This document shows, one piece after another, positions 26,001 through 38,959 of a stretch of DNA of 64,000 nt (its first letter is position 1; every line of letters starts with the position of its first letter). Source of the DNA: Podarcis melisellensis (Eukaryota); NCBI GenBank assembly GCA_964234715.1, contig OZ174279.1; one strand, given 5' to 3'. The position numbers and the translations under genes are program-made. The notes beneath the pieces are model-generated. The model saw only the letters and a list, made by a program, of their open reading frames with translations, did no database searches and was not told the DNA's origin.

Positions 26001-26938
26001 ATGCAATGGACCCCAGAAACCAGGAAGTTTCCAAAGAATGGCTGCTCAGGGAAGTGAACCTATGGCAGGTGCTATAGGAAGGGTGCTGCTCCTGGGCATT
26101 CCAAGAGTTTTTCAGTTTGCAGCATCACCAGAAGTTACTAGAGGAAGAGGAGCAGTCAAGAGAAGAGTGCTCTGGAGTGAAGTGGTTGGCCCAGGCTTAG
26201 CCTTTCCTCCATCTTGGAAACTCTGGCTTCACATGGAGTGGACAACTGATACTTCTTCCCAGTGCTCCCCACTTTTTCATCCTTCCAAAATGGAAAGCCC
26301 AAAGGGCAGGAGACTGAAAAGCTGAAATACCAAAGATATTTCACAGCCAAGCTGTCAGAAGGGTCATAGCACCCTTCAGGTCCTCGCTTGTGAAAGTAAT
26401 TGTCCCAACTAGGCAGATGGGTACTTATAGAGACTACATATAGTTTAAGATCTGGAGGTAGCATGATAGACCCATCGTTTTCCATGGTATGCATCTGTCT
26501 TCCCCAACCTGGCACCTTCCAGATGTTTTGGGCTGCAACACCCATCATCCCTGACCTTTAGCCATACTGGTTGGGACTGATGGGAGTTGTAATCAAAATA
26601 GCTGAAGAGCACTAGGTTGTGAAGGATGATGTTCATTTATTTTTGTCCACAGTTGTCTCTTGTTTTGTTTTGTTTTGCTTTGCTTTAAGCACTTTAAATT
26701 TGTACAAAGCCCGCTTGTCCAGATATGACAGTGGGATGAATGTCCTTGCTAAAGAACACTATCACACCACTTTCAATTTAGTCTCCATCCCATTAGTGGA
26801 TACTTGCCCAGAACTGAGAAAGGATTACATCTCTAGATTCCCTTTCTGCATTTTGAACATCTCCTTCTGCTACCCTTTCCTTTACTCTGACCGTTACCTT
26901 TCTACTTCACTTCAAATTTAGATTATTTGGAACATAGT

Positions 26939-27100
26939 GACATAAGAAGAGCCTACTGGCTCAGGCCAATGGCCAATCTGGTCTGGCATTCTGCTACCAC
27001 AATGGTCAACCAAAGGCCTGTGGGAAACCCACAATAGGATTCAAGCACAAGAGCACTTTTCCCTCCTGTGGTTTTTGGCAACTGGTACTAAGAAGTTTTA
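26939..27100 (-). mobile_element. CR1-type LINE/SINE 3' end
   Basis: acataagaagagcctactggctcaggccaatggcc... is the reverse complement of a CR1-type end. Related pieces at ~34200-34295, 50075-50390 (split by a MITE), 51445-51598 and 62680-62790. Confidence 0.6.
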
Positions 27101-27102
27101 CA

Positions 27103-27113
27103 GATAGATAGAT

Positions 27114-27166
<53 letters not shown>

Positions 27167-27577
27167 TGTCAGGTGTGGTGTGGTTGCTCGAGAGCAAACA
27201 GGCAAGACTCCAACCTGGACTCCAGGCTTTATTATTAGTGCAAACTATTTACAGCGAAGAGCGTTGCAAGTTCATGTCTGGCTCACTCGTTCACAGAATC
27301 TGAGAGTGGGCGGTTCTTGTACCTCCCCCAGCATAACAGTCGCGTGACCCCCAGCCTTCTCCTCCCTACTGCGCAGACTGGGCGCTGGCAAAGGGGTCCT
27401 TCCCTCCTCTCCGGCTTGCTCCGCCTCGGTGTTGAGGCTCTCCCTTGCACCCCCTGTTCTCACCACCTCCTCTCCACTGGAGGCGGGGCTTTCCTCCTCT
27501 CCAGAGGAGGAGCGTGGTTCCCTATAACACAACTGCCCTTCCCCCTCTCGCCTCTGACCTGATGGCAGTTCCCTGAC

Positions 27578-27622
<45 letters not shown>
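27103..27622. repeat. (GATA)n microsatellite split by a solo LTR
   Basis: GATA arrays at 27103-27166 and 27579-27622. Confidence 0.95.
27167..27578 (-). mobile_element. Solo LTR (412 bp)
   Basis: Termini TGTCAGG...CCTGACA (7-bp inverted, TG..CA); GATAG on both flanks; AATAAA on the minus strand near 27230. Confidence 0.75.
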
Positions 27623-28854
27623 TTTGCTATACAGGTTAAGCAGCCAGTAGGATTAAACCTAAGTTTGTCACATTGCAAGTTGTCCCACACATTTTAGCTT
27701 TAGATGCATTATATAATACACATAGTGTATTGGCTAGCAGTACCTTTCAAGCACTCTGGGCTTATATTGAAAATTTTGGAGAACCTCATCTTATACTATG
27801 TTTGCCATTAAGGCACCAGCTTGTGTCTTCAACGGTGTCTATGAAGAAAAGGTTGCAATGCATGTACCTGGAACACAGAATTAACCTGGTAGAATCATAT
27901 CTCTATGCCAGGTTCTGGGGGAAAGTTCACCTGCTAAACTGAGAAACTGAAGATACTGGAGAAGTACAGTAAACATTTTACACAAAAAGGTAGAGTTCTT
28001 AACCTGCTAACCTATCTGCTTACCAAGAAAATGTCTGTTACAGAGTGCCCAGAAATAGCATGAATGAATAAACATGGAATTGCACTAAACCCATGTCCAT
28101 TTGCTCCATAACTGCTTTGAGGCTTTTAAACCACCCTGAGTTTGTTTGTTTTTTGTTTTTTTACAGTCAAGTGGTGTATAAATTTTTATGAAATAAAACA
28201 AATATCAGGTCTAGCCCTTTCATCCCACCTCTTCTTCACCTGTTTTATACAGCTGTATTTAGGCTAACCACATGCAAAGGAGGCTAGGGACACAGGAACT
28301 CTGTTCTTCTTTGCACCTGGTCACATTTGTCCAGGTGTGATCTTTCCAATTCCAATCAGCCCCAGCCTGCCTAGCTTATTGTCAGAGATGATGGGAGTTG
28401 TAGCCACAACATCTGGAGGGTGGCAGGTCCCCTACCCCTGCCCTTGTTTGATTGTAAAATACAAGGTGGAGTGTCTGAAGGGAAAGCATCTAGCAAAAAA
28501 CCCACCATCTATCATAGCCACTGGCCAGGTGTTAGAAATAGATTTACTGTGAAAAGTTTGCATGACTTATTACCATCTGGGTTGCTGTCACTTACCACTA
28601 GAATCCAAGCTTGGCATTGGAAAGGATAGCATATCCTGGGTACATGCCAATCTCAAAAGACTCTGTTTTGAAGGAATGCTATTAAAATGCATGCCCAATG
28701 GAATTGCTTACAAACATTAGCTTTATTTTTAAATATATTTCTTTGAGTCACTTAAAGTCAGCTTCCCTGCATGTCAGTGTGATTGATCACTTTGTTCCCT
28801 GTTTTTGAATTCTTTCACCATCTCCCTTGATTAGATTTGTTCTCTCCCAAGGAC

Positions 28855-28857
<3 letters not shown>

Positions 28858-28921
<64 letters not shown>

Positions 28922-28930
28922 TCTCTCTCT
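28858..28930. repeat. (CT)n microsatellite
   Basis: Direct reading of the sequence. Confidence 0.95.
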
Positions 28931-31422
28931 CCATCCCCCTGCATACTTGTCTTTCTGGGTTCATTTTTCCCATTTGTATTGGCATGCACTGCCACCTTTG
29001 ATTATTTCGTTTTTACACATCAATCTGACTTTCTCATGAATGTATTTCTAATATCATATCCTGTTAGGTTACCTTGGGAATTAGAGACTAAGTTTCAGTC
29101 AGCTGCAGTTTGTTTATTTATTTATATTATATGCCATTCGTTCTTCAAAGACAAACAACACAACACAACGATACCGAGGAAAGACCTACAGCAGGATGGA
29201 AAAGCACCTGTTTTGCATCCAGAATGTCTCAGATTCAATCCCCATGTTCCACTATTAAGCAACATGGTCACATACATAAAAACTAAAAGACATCTGCATT
29301 TATTCCAAAGCAGTAGTGAGCTATTACATTCCAAAAAGCAACAGAATAATACAAAATTGTTCAGAAAAACACCAACAGGTCAAGCAGGAGTGCAGAAGTG
29401 CATATTAAGTAGATAATGGAACTGAACAATTGATGATGCCTGACTTACCTCCAGTTTGTCTGCATGAGTCTTCTCTCTTGGCTAAGTTTCTGTTAGGACT
29501 TGCCTTCATAAATAATGCTGTGGGCAAGTCTTCTCCATGGCAGTAGTTTGTCCAGCAATTACAAAGTGATCCTGGAGATGGCGTAGTGGCTGTTAGACGT
29601 GCATATTTTCTCCTTGCCTTCATATTATTTCTAGATGGTTGTAACTTCCTTTCTGTGTATCTTGTTCCTATGCATATTTACAGAAAAAGTAAACATAGGC
29701 ATATGAAAATATCACCAAATTCTTATTATTTATTAAATTTATGAACCATCCTTTATCTGAAGATCACAGGGTAATTTACAACAAAAAACACAACATGTAT
29801 AACCTAATAATAAAAAAACAATACCCCCCCCCCCCACATTTGAAAGGCCAAGAGGAAGCAGCTTTATTTTCAAGGAGGTTTGCAGGATTGTATCCATGTT
29901 TCTGGTTGCCATCTTCTGAACCAGTCCTGAGACTTACTTGGATGAGTTACTAATCAGCCTTGGAAGCTATGGCTTCAATACCCATTTTATCTATATAACC
30001 TGACAATAAATATATTTATTCAGAATTAAGTTCTCCTACATCCAGTCAGAGTTACTTCCAAATGAAAGAGCAGAGGGTTATAGCCTTAATATTTCTGGAA
30101 CAGGTAACATAAATGTTTGGTTATGTCCCCTACAATGAGTAGCATTAGTTATTCAGTTTATACTTCATTGTTAACTAGGGTGGAATCTACACACATATTA
30201 AAAACACTATGAAAATGCTTTTTTAAAAAAAAGTTTTGAAAAATACATTGAATTTTGCATAGCTTGCTGTTGCCATCTAGTGTCACATTTGTATATTGCA
30301 CTTTATAACACATTTATTTGCAGCTGTATAACATGGTAACTGCAGTGATGAAGGGCAGGCTTTTAAATAAATAAAAATAAGGGAAAGGGAAATTCTAGCC
30401 TCCTGAATTGTTATGTTTCAGGCTGCAGTTGAAGGCAAAGGAGCAACATCTCCAGTATTAAGTATATGTCTATTGGTCTATTGGTTTCGTTGTTGTTGTT
30501 GTTTTAAAAAACTTTGTTTCTTCTTCAATACTTTATATGTACCTGATCACACAGGAGCTGCCTCCACATATCCATTCAACTTGTACATAATCACAAAGAA
30601 TGTGCTCATTAACAAAATGCAGGAACTTGCCCAATTCCTACAGCAACTTGTCTTTTACATTAATTGTCCTTTCAAAACATATTCTACTACTGTAATATCC
30701 AGTAACTCACTATTCCACACCCAATTACCAATTTGGAAAGGAGAGAACTTGAGGTGGGATAGAGGATTTTTTTTACAGTCCCTGCCTAGTTCCTTTTGGT
30801 TTGCAGCTGCCAGCTATATGAAATAAAATCTATGTTGTCAAGTGCAGGGAGATTGTGCCCCCTTCTCTGTTTGGATGTTTGTTGTACTGCAGCTGAAACC
30901 GGAGAGTCTGCTTCCAGCTCTTATTCCCACTTATAAAAGCCATTAACAGAATGAAGCTTTTCAAAAGACCACACGGAGAAAGCGATACCTCTGTTTTATA
31001 TATTAGCCTTCACCTTTAGCCAAACAAACCAGCCAACAAAAACCAACCTGCACTTTTAACACCTTGATAAGACTTTTTGTTGTTGCTTTCATTAAAATCA
31101 CTATCCTGGGTGGTTTCTGCCTCTCTGCTGTTCCAGGTTCTCTCAGCTGTTTGCTTGCGTGTTAAAAATCAAATGTGCACATGGATATTTTCATACATTC
31201 CTTCAGTACCTGGCATATTGTATTTTAGGTGTTGTCTTTTTTTCTGGCAGGACTCCCCCACCCCCCAGCAGCTGCAAAATAAGGTGGAATCCAACAGGCT
31301 GAGCATTTGCACACCTACAATTACCAGGGGAAGTCCAGATTTCTTGACCTAATGTACTTTTCTTAAAGATCCAGGATTTTGATAAGCAAAAGGTAGAGCC
31401 CAACTGGTACTTAGAAATGTTA

Positions 31423-31471
<49 letters not shown>

Positions 31472-31551
31472 TTTCGTAGATTTTCACGGGTACAGGAATG
31501 CAGGTTTTGGTGTCCTCGGGTGTCTTCCCGTGTAAAAGTTGGGGTGTCTAG

Positions 31552-31589
31552 GCGACGTTTCGACGAGGTCTCACTCGTCATCTTCAGGC
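31552..31589 (-). ncRNA. Minimal hammerhead ribozyme motif
   Basis: Exact reverse complement of 31994-32031. Confidence 0.6.
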
Positions 31590-31993
31590 TGGTGCTTTCG
31601 GCTTCTTGTTACTGGAACAGAGCAGGATCTCAGTGTTTGAGTTCCTATAAATACTGTTGAGGGGGTGTGGTGTATAGCCTCCAATGTTCTGGGCAGAGAG
31701 GAAGTTCCCAGGCTAGTGTGCCTTTTCTTCTTTTGTTCCTTAATTACTTGAGGGATATCTTGAGTGATTTCTTGAGTGATATCCTGAGTACCACTTAGGT
31801 GGGTCATTAGGTGTGGATTAGTTGCTAAAGTCTTTGTAATTAAGGAACAAAAGAAGAAAAGGCACACTAGCCTGGGAACTTCCTCTCTGCCCAGAACATT
31901 GGAGGCTATACACCACACCCCCTCAACAGTATTTATAGGAACTCAAACACTGAGATCCTGCTCTGTTCCAGTAACAAGAAGCCGAAAGCACCA

Positions 31994-32031
31994 GCCTGAA
32001 GATGACGAGTGAGACCTCGTCGAAACGTCGC
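31994..32031 (+). ncRNA. Minimal hammerhead ribozyme motif
   Basis: GC-CTGAAGA-T-GACGAG(TGAGAC)CTCGTC-GAAA-CGTC-GC: intact core, 6-bp stem II, palindromic loopless stem III (ACGU), GUC triplet, but only a 2-bp stem I. Confidence 0.65.
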
Positions 32032-32080
32032 CTAGACACCCCAACTTTTACACGGGAAGACACCCGAGGACACCAAAACC

Positions 32081-32120
<40 letters not shown>

Positions 32121-32357
32121 CTTTCGTAGATTTTCACGGGTACAGGAATGCAGGTTTTGGTGTCCTCGGGTGTCTTCCCGTGTAAAAGTTGGGGTGTCTA
32201 GGCGACGTTGGGGTGTCTAGGCGACGCACACTAGCCTGGGAACTTCCTCTCTGCCCAGAACATTGGAGGCTATACACCACACCCCCTCAACAGTATTTAT
32301 AGGAACTCAAACACTGAGATCCTGCTCTGTTCCAGTAACAAGAAGCCGAAAGCACCA

Positions 32358-32395
32358 GCCTGAAGATGACGAGTGAGACCTCGTCGAAACGTCGC
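32358..32395 (+). ncRNA. Minimal hammerhead ribozyme motif (tandem copy)
   Basis: Identical to 31994-32031 and 364 nt downstream of it. Confidence 0.65.
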
Positions 32396-32444
32396 CTAGA
32401 CACCCCAACTTTTACACGGGAAGACACCCGAGGACACCAAAACC

Positions 32445-32479
<35 letters not shown>

Positions 32480-32559
32480 CAACTGAGTAACTTGCTTGTC
32501 AAAGGCATGCTTATCTATGCATTAATATGCTAAAATATATTAAACTGAAATAGGAGGCT

Positions 32560-32880
32560 TGTCGGTAGTGCATAGGTTGGACGCTTGATTGGTTGCTGTC
32601 GAGGCTGTCAGTGGCTATTGTGCAGTGGCTATTGTGCATGGTTACCGTGTCAATGGGTGGTGTTGATTGGCTGATGCTCTGGCAGTTGGGCAGGCAATTG
32701 GCAGTTTCTGCCAGCAATTGGACAGATGGGAGGTGGATTTAGCGACGTGTGTGGGGGTGTGATTTTTGGCAATCCCCCTAAAAAAAATCTCAACCATGTC
32801 CCCCCATTTTCTTAAATCTGAGTCTCCCAAAATAGGGGTCATCCTATCCATGGTGTCATCTTATAGACAGAAAAGTACGG
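32560..32880. mobile_element. Tc1/mariner-type MITE, one end only
   Basis: Terminus ...tcttatagacagaaaagtacgg-TA matches the TIR type seen at 48559-48822; the opposite TIR was not found. Confidence 0.5.
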
Positions 32881-33649
32881 TAATTATAAAGACCTTCCCC
32901 ATTTAGCTTTCATGTGGGCTATGATTTGAAATTAGAGTGGATATGTGGATGCATGCATGTTAGCCCTGCTACCCTGACTACCTGGTTCAAAATCACTTTC
33001 AATCTTTGACTGGGCCAGGATCATTGTGGTGTATGAAAGTACGGTATATTTCCAAAACAGCTGCCAATTCTGATAGGTCTCTTCTTCCGCTCTTGGTAGC
33101 CGCTTTATCTGCATGACACCTCTCCCAGTTGTTGCACACATGAATTGAATTAAGCAGATGTTCCTTGGGGGCCAAGCTCACAAGACAAGAAGCATAAAAA
33201 GTTTTCCTAGCAAATAAATTACCTGCTCTTTCTTTGTTGAATTATTCACAATTTTCTCCTTAATGCAGTAATTATATCATAAGCCACTGTCAAGGTAATG
33301 AGCGAATTGTTTAATTTCTATCAGATTCAGTGCAGTAATGAGAATTCTTAACACAATCTATACTGTAATAGATTTAAGCGTTAAGTTTAATTGATAGAAA
33401 CCAATACACTGAAATTACTTTGCACATGCTCTGTGATTTATTTGAAATAAATTGGTGAGTTTTGGGTTTTTTCTTTGGGAAACACGAGGAAGAAATCCTG
33501 TGCTGTAGAATATATTATACAGCAGTGGGGGGAAGCATATTGAATACATCAATAACATTGTATATATCCTGTTGTAATTATTTCCCTATAAGATTCAAGG
33601 TGCTCCTGTAGTTTGAATGTTTTGGTAAAGCTTAAGATGAATATTTACA

Positions 33650-33829
33650 AATCGGGTTGACAACTGACCAGGAAAAAAGTGTGCTCTGGTGCCTTTAGCA
33701 GCAGTTTGATCTACAGAAATCAGAAAATTAAGCTTATTCATGGTGTAGAGATAAACAATTTCACCTGCAGATCAAACTGCTGTTCAACTTTTAACGAATC
33801 AGGAGCTGATTAAAGTTGACAACCCTATT
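33650..33829. mobile_element. Palindromic MITE relic
   Basis: Outer IR aatcgggttgacaact / agttgacaaccctatt; inner IR cagcagtttgatctacag / ctgcagatcaaactgctg. Confidence 0.55.
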
Positions 33830-34639
33830 CTACCAATAAAAATGAACCTCTGTAGCACTCATCAAAATCTAATAGACATTGTGGCCAAGATCCAAAAGCC
33901 AGCCGGCTTTGGGTTTGTTTCCCAAACAGTGGTGCTATATGCCATATGGTGGTCTGTTTTTGAAAATGGGATGAGTTTCAGAAACAGTTTGTGAATGGGC
34001 ACAGGGGATCTGTAGTTAAAGGTGGGGAAGTTCTAAAGTCCCACAAGGCATGCACAAGTCCTTGACCACTTTTAGAACATCTCTTTGGATTTCTGCCTGT
34101 TCTTTTCAAGTGTCATTGTAACTATTTCTGGAACAATATTTTAAAGGAATAACAACACAGCCCTATGCATGTCTACTAAGAAGTGAGGCCAGTACACTCA
34201 TTCCCTGCTAGCGCAGCTTCCCATAGGCACCTATGAAAATAGGATGCTGGGCTAAATGGGCCTTTGATTTGATTCAGCAGGCTTCCTCTTAGGTTATAAT
34301 TTTTTTACTTTGAAACACAGGAACATATTCTGTCATTCCATAATTGATGTCTGCTCAGGTTCTTGCTCTCTTGGCACCAACAGCAGGGCAGCCAGCACCC
34401 CCTGCCCCCTGCACAAACTGATCCAGATCAGAGTAGCTAATGATCTGGGTCAGAAGATCACATCTCCTCTACCACAAAGTTCTTATAGACTGCTGACTTG
34501 AACTTAGAGAGTCCTCACAACAAGGGCTTGTTGGAATTGCCCTCCAACCTTACCAATGACACAGAGACAGCTCTGACCATCTTTTCCTAAGTATTCATCC
34601 CACCCTACATTCCACCCCAAGCACCTGAATTTGCAGTCA

Positions 34640-35830
34640 GCAAACCAATGGATGGTGCTATTATTCAAAGAAGGTGATAAGAAAAAAACCCATGAGAATT
34701 AATGACCAATAAACCTCTTGTTGCATATGTACAAACTCCTAACCAAAATATTTACTAAGTGCTTAACTAAGAAACTGGATCAAGCTAGTGAACAGGCAGG
34801 GTTTAGAAAAGGATATTCCATAGGAGATCCTTTACCTATGAAAATACTGATAGAAAAATGTAATGAACATAAAATTCCTATATACATTGGATTACTCAAT
34901 TATGAAAGAAACATTTGACAGTATTGAAACTTGGGCTGTACAATGAGCGTTACAAAACTGTAGAATTGACAGCTGATACAACCATCTACTGCAAGAATGG
35001 CAGATGAGGCGACAGCAACATATCTCCATGTAAAGACAAATCTAAAACCCTTAGAAAGAGGCATACAGCAAGGAGATCGCTTATCACCTAAGCTATTTAT
35101 ACTTACCTTGGAAAATGTGTATAAAAAGCTGGAATGGTCAGAAAAAGGAATCAATGTCAACAGAAGATATCTAAATCAATGAAATGCAGATGATATAGTA
35201 AAAGTCAGAAGTCAATAAGAACTACAAGAAATGTTGGTAGGACTGAAGATGAATATAGCCAAGTCAAAGGTAGTTTTTAAAGAAAAGAATTAAATACAAT
35301 TAGAAAATAAAGCAATAAAATAAGTAGACAAATATTTATGACCAAAGAAAATCATGCTAGGAATAGAAAATCAAAGAACGGAAATGAAGAAGAGAATAAA
35401 ACAACTGTGGGCAGCCTTTGGAAAACTCTATAATGAAAAATAAAAATATTTCCATAGGCTTGAATGTTACAGTGTTCAATATGTGCATATTATTTGTGAT
35501 ATGGAGCAGGGAGCATGACACAGAAAAACCCAAGCAGCTTAAGAATAACAAGAAGTCATGGAATGCACAATGTTGGGAATATCATTAAGATGTAGAAAAA
35601 CTAATAATTGAATATGTCAGAGATTGAAAGTTATGGATGTAGTGGAAAGGGCCATGAAGTTAAAAGAAGGGATTCAGGGCAATGAAACAAAGAAATGTTA
35701 GTATGCTTTATTTTTAAAAGACAACCACTATGTGATGGGTAGACAATCTAAAACTAACAGTAGGGCTTATGTGGATATAAGGAGCAAACAAGGGAGAGTG
35801 ATGGAGAGAGGTTGAAGAGATGTGTCTCCA
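34640..35830 (+). mobile_element. RTE-clade LINE reverse-transcriptase fragment (pseudogenised)
   Basis: Peptides YKLLTKI...EQAGFRKGYS...LIEKCNEHKIPIYIGLLNYE and RGIQQGDRLSPKLFILTLENVYKKLEW...GINVN, with many stops and frameshifts. Confidence 0.88.
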
Positions 35831-35929
35831 AAGATGGATGTGAGACACTGCAAAAGGATAAAGAAAAAAACAGTGGGTTAAGGTGGACCTAGATAGCTGA
35901 TGGTCCGGTAATGAGTTGTATGAACCTTT

Positions 35930-36150
35930 TGCACATAGTTCAATAGGGAGGCTCGCTTGGCACCTTTCTTACATATCTTTAGGAACCGAGCAGAAACATT
36001 CTTCTTTCAGGTATTTGGCTCATTAAACAATCTATGGCCTTTTAAGCTGTGGTGGGGATATTGGTTTTGTTTGTTATTATTATATGCATTTTTATATTGT
36101 AAACTGCCCTGTGATCTTTGGATGAAGGGTGATATAGGAATTTAATAAAT
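35930..36150 (+). mobile_element. L2 LINE 3' end
   Basis: agggaggctcgcttggcacc...gcagaaacattcttctttcag...gtaaactgccctgtgatctttggatgaagggtgatata...aataaa. Confidence 0.6.
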
Positions 36151-38897
36151 CATAAACCATGATCATGGGTTTGTTGAAAATTTGTGTTTATAAATTGCAA
36201 AATCAATTAAGCAGACGGCTTTCTTGTGTCAAGCTGTGATGCCGCTGGGTTGGTAAAGGCTATTGGTAATTACTAGCCTTGATGCTCTTTGTGGTCAGAG
36301 GCTGTATGCTTCTGACTACCCGTTGCTGGAAATCACAGAAAAGAAGAAGAGTGCTCTTGCACTTGGTGTTCCCTCTTGAAAAGAGAGTGCTAGTTGTCCA
36401 ATACACTGCATCGTCTGTGGGATCACATCACACACACAAAATGGCTCTCATGTGGCAGTGACTCAGCTACGTTTGAAGAATATCCCAAATAGACATTATT
36501 AAAAAAATCCAAAAAACTGGAGTTTGTTGAGTTTCTGTGAACGAGGAGAATGACTTATCATAGCTCTTCATGTAATAAGAATTCAGAAAACTTCACCACT
36601 AACATAGAATTATTTTTTTAGCACTCATTGCTATTTGAAAGGTAATGGTTTAATTGCTCAAATATTAATTTCCTTCTGCAACAGATTGTTCAGTGATATT
36701 AAATCAGCTCAGCGAGTAGAACTGCAAAATAAAGCTTAAGAGCATTATTAATTGAACATTTGAATGCACTGAAATATTTAAATTACTGTCATGTCATAAA
36801 ATTTAGGGTAAATTATTACTTTTGGTTTTTGAATGCTGCAATTTATTTAGTTAATGTCTTAAAGCTCTGTTTAGTATTTTATTATTATATGATGGAAGTA
36901 ATTACAAGATCATCAGATAACAAGAGCACTTCATGAAATGTCTTCTGTTAGAAAACTTATTTTTATATGTACACACCAGATATGTAAAGGGTGATAAAAT
37001 CATATTGCCTATTGGAATATCTGTCTTTTATGCATTTATTCAAGTACAGGTGTCCTGGCATGAATATAGCAACAACAATGACAACCAAAGTGCATATGGT
37101 AATAGTAAAATATTGTAGTGATCATGCTTAGCAACAGTGCAGTATCAATAGAAACCCCATTCTTTTGGTTGACACACATTGAACAGACTGTGGCAATGCA
37201 ATATTTTCTACAATAACTTTGCTCAATGAAAGCCTGTGTTTTCAGCTTCAAATACCATGCATAAAAGATCACTTTGCAGTATACCACACAATAGCCTGCT
37301 AAGTTATCCCAAAAACCTTCTTCACAAAATTTTGTTTCGTTTCTTTTTTCCCCCAAAACTGCCCCACAACAAACCAAACTCACACCTATTGCTTGCATTC
37401 CAACGAACCCCACCCCTTATCTGTGGGGAAATAATAACATGCATTTTCTATAATTGTGATTCATAGTGTGTAACAAAAAACTAAAGTGAAAGCCTGCACT
37501 GGAAATATTTCAATACTAGGCTTGCCTTTTATGGGAAGGAAGCTCTCAAAAGTGTTATAGAAACCTGAGAACATTAAAATCATTGACAAATAAATGGCTG
37601 CGTCCTTATTTCCCTCTCTGATTGCAAACTGCCTTTTCCCTTCCCATATCTGATACCTGAGTGTCATTACCTGGGACACAGGTGAATGTCATGACCTGAG
37701 AGCCACTGGGGTCAACACAGCAGGCAGGCATTTCTGAGCATACAGCCTGCTAAGTGTTGAGCCTGCATAAACATGTTCCCAGTCACAACCACAATGTATC
37801 TGTGCCATTGTCCTGCATAAAAGTATATAACTAGCTAAGCATATATTCTTCATGCTCAACCTGTCTTTTTGCAGGGGCTCGCTTATCAGCTTCACATACC
37901 AGAAATGCGAAGTGGCCTTGAAGAGACTAGATGCTCCAAACTGACCGCTTCATGTAACATAAATGCAACATTTTGCACGAGATAGAAGAATCATGAATTT
38001 ATAAACTTTGTCAGAACTATATCTATTTCCATGGTACAGCCAGTAGACAGGAGCGTGCTTTTTTGTGAACCAATTAGAAGTAAACACGAGGAGTCCACAA
38101 GCTGTCCACACATTTTCTTATCCAATCATGTTGCTGAAAGGGATTGTTCACGAGCTAAGCATGTAAAGAAAATGTTATAAAAGTGTCTTGAATTTTGTAT
38201 TTGGGGTCCAGAATTTGGAGAATTCCTCTGGATCATTTACTCTTACTGCAGTCTGCAATAAATGTGAACTCCTTCCATGATGTTGCTGTCTTTATTTGGC
38301 TAAAGAGGACCGAAGTATTTCCAGATCCCCTTTGTAGGGTGACATATCTTTGGTATAAACAGGCCACAACTTAATTCCTTCCACTGCCTTTAACTTTTCC
38401 ATCTTTTGTCCAGCCTCCCTGGACTTTTTATTTTTCTTCTACTTCCCCATCTATAGCCCTCTCAGCTTAAGCACTCTAAATTTCTCTGATTGTAACTTTG
38501 CCAGTCTCATTTTGCCTCCCCCCCTCCCCCATGATCTACTGATCTTTCCTTCAGATTCTTCTTTCTTAGAGCACTGGAAACCCTCACCTTTCCTTCAGCT
38601 TTCATCCTCTGGTGTCCTCCATTATTTTCCCATCTGCCTTACACTCCTTGCTAGTCTTCCACCAATCCCTGTGTGTATCAACATTTAATCTCAGCCAGCT
38701 GGCAACTTTTCCTTCCCTCACAGAAGCTTGAATGCAAACTGCAATGTTCTCTGAGCCACTGAACATTCTGAGCTATCACACCTGCTCAGCTAATCTGTGT
38801 CAAAGCCCCCATTCCACCCCACACATACAATGTGAGACTCAAACACAAGCTCACATAAAATGTGCCAATGGATTTCAATGAAATGATAAGGGGCCTG

Positions 38898-38937
<40 letters not shown>
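38898..38937. repeat. (ATA)n microsatellite
   Basis: Direct reading of the sequence. Confidence 0.95.
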
Positions 38938-38939
<2 letters not shown>

Positions 38940-38959
38940 TGACTGGATTTGTTGTTGTT

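Larger units (their letters stand above)
31427..32472. mobile_element. Penelope-like element terminal repeats: palindrome plus partial tandem copy, bounded by (TA)n
   Basis: 250-bp inverted arms 31498-31747 and 31836-32085; (TA)n at 31427-31469, 32084-32117 and 32449-32472; second unit 32120-32450; three hammerhead cores. Confidence 0.8.

Noticed and set aside
24118-26057. Long ORFs (up to 277 aa) in the CpG island
   Set aside because: Low-complexity A/R/P/G/S peptides on both strands with no recognisable domain, as expected from the GC content.
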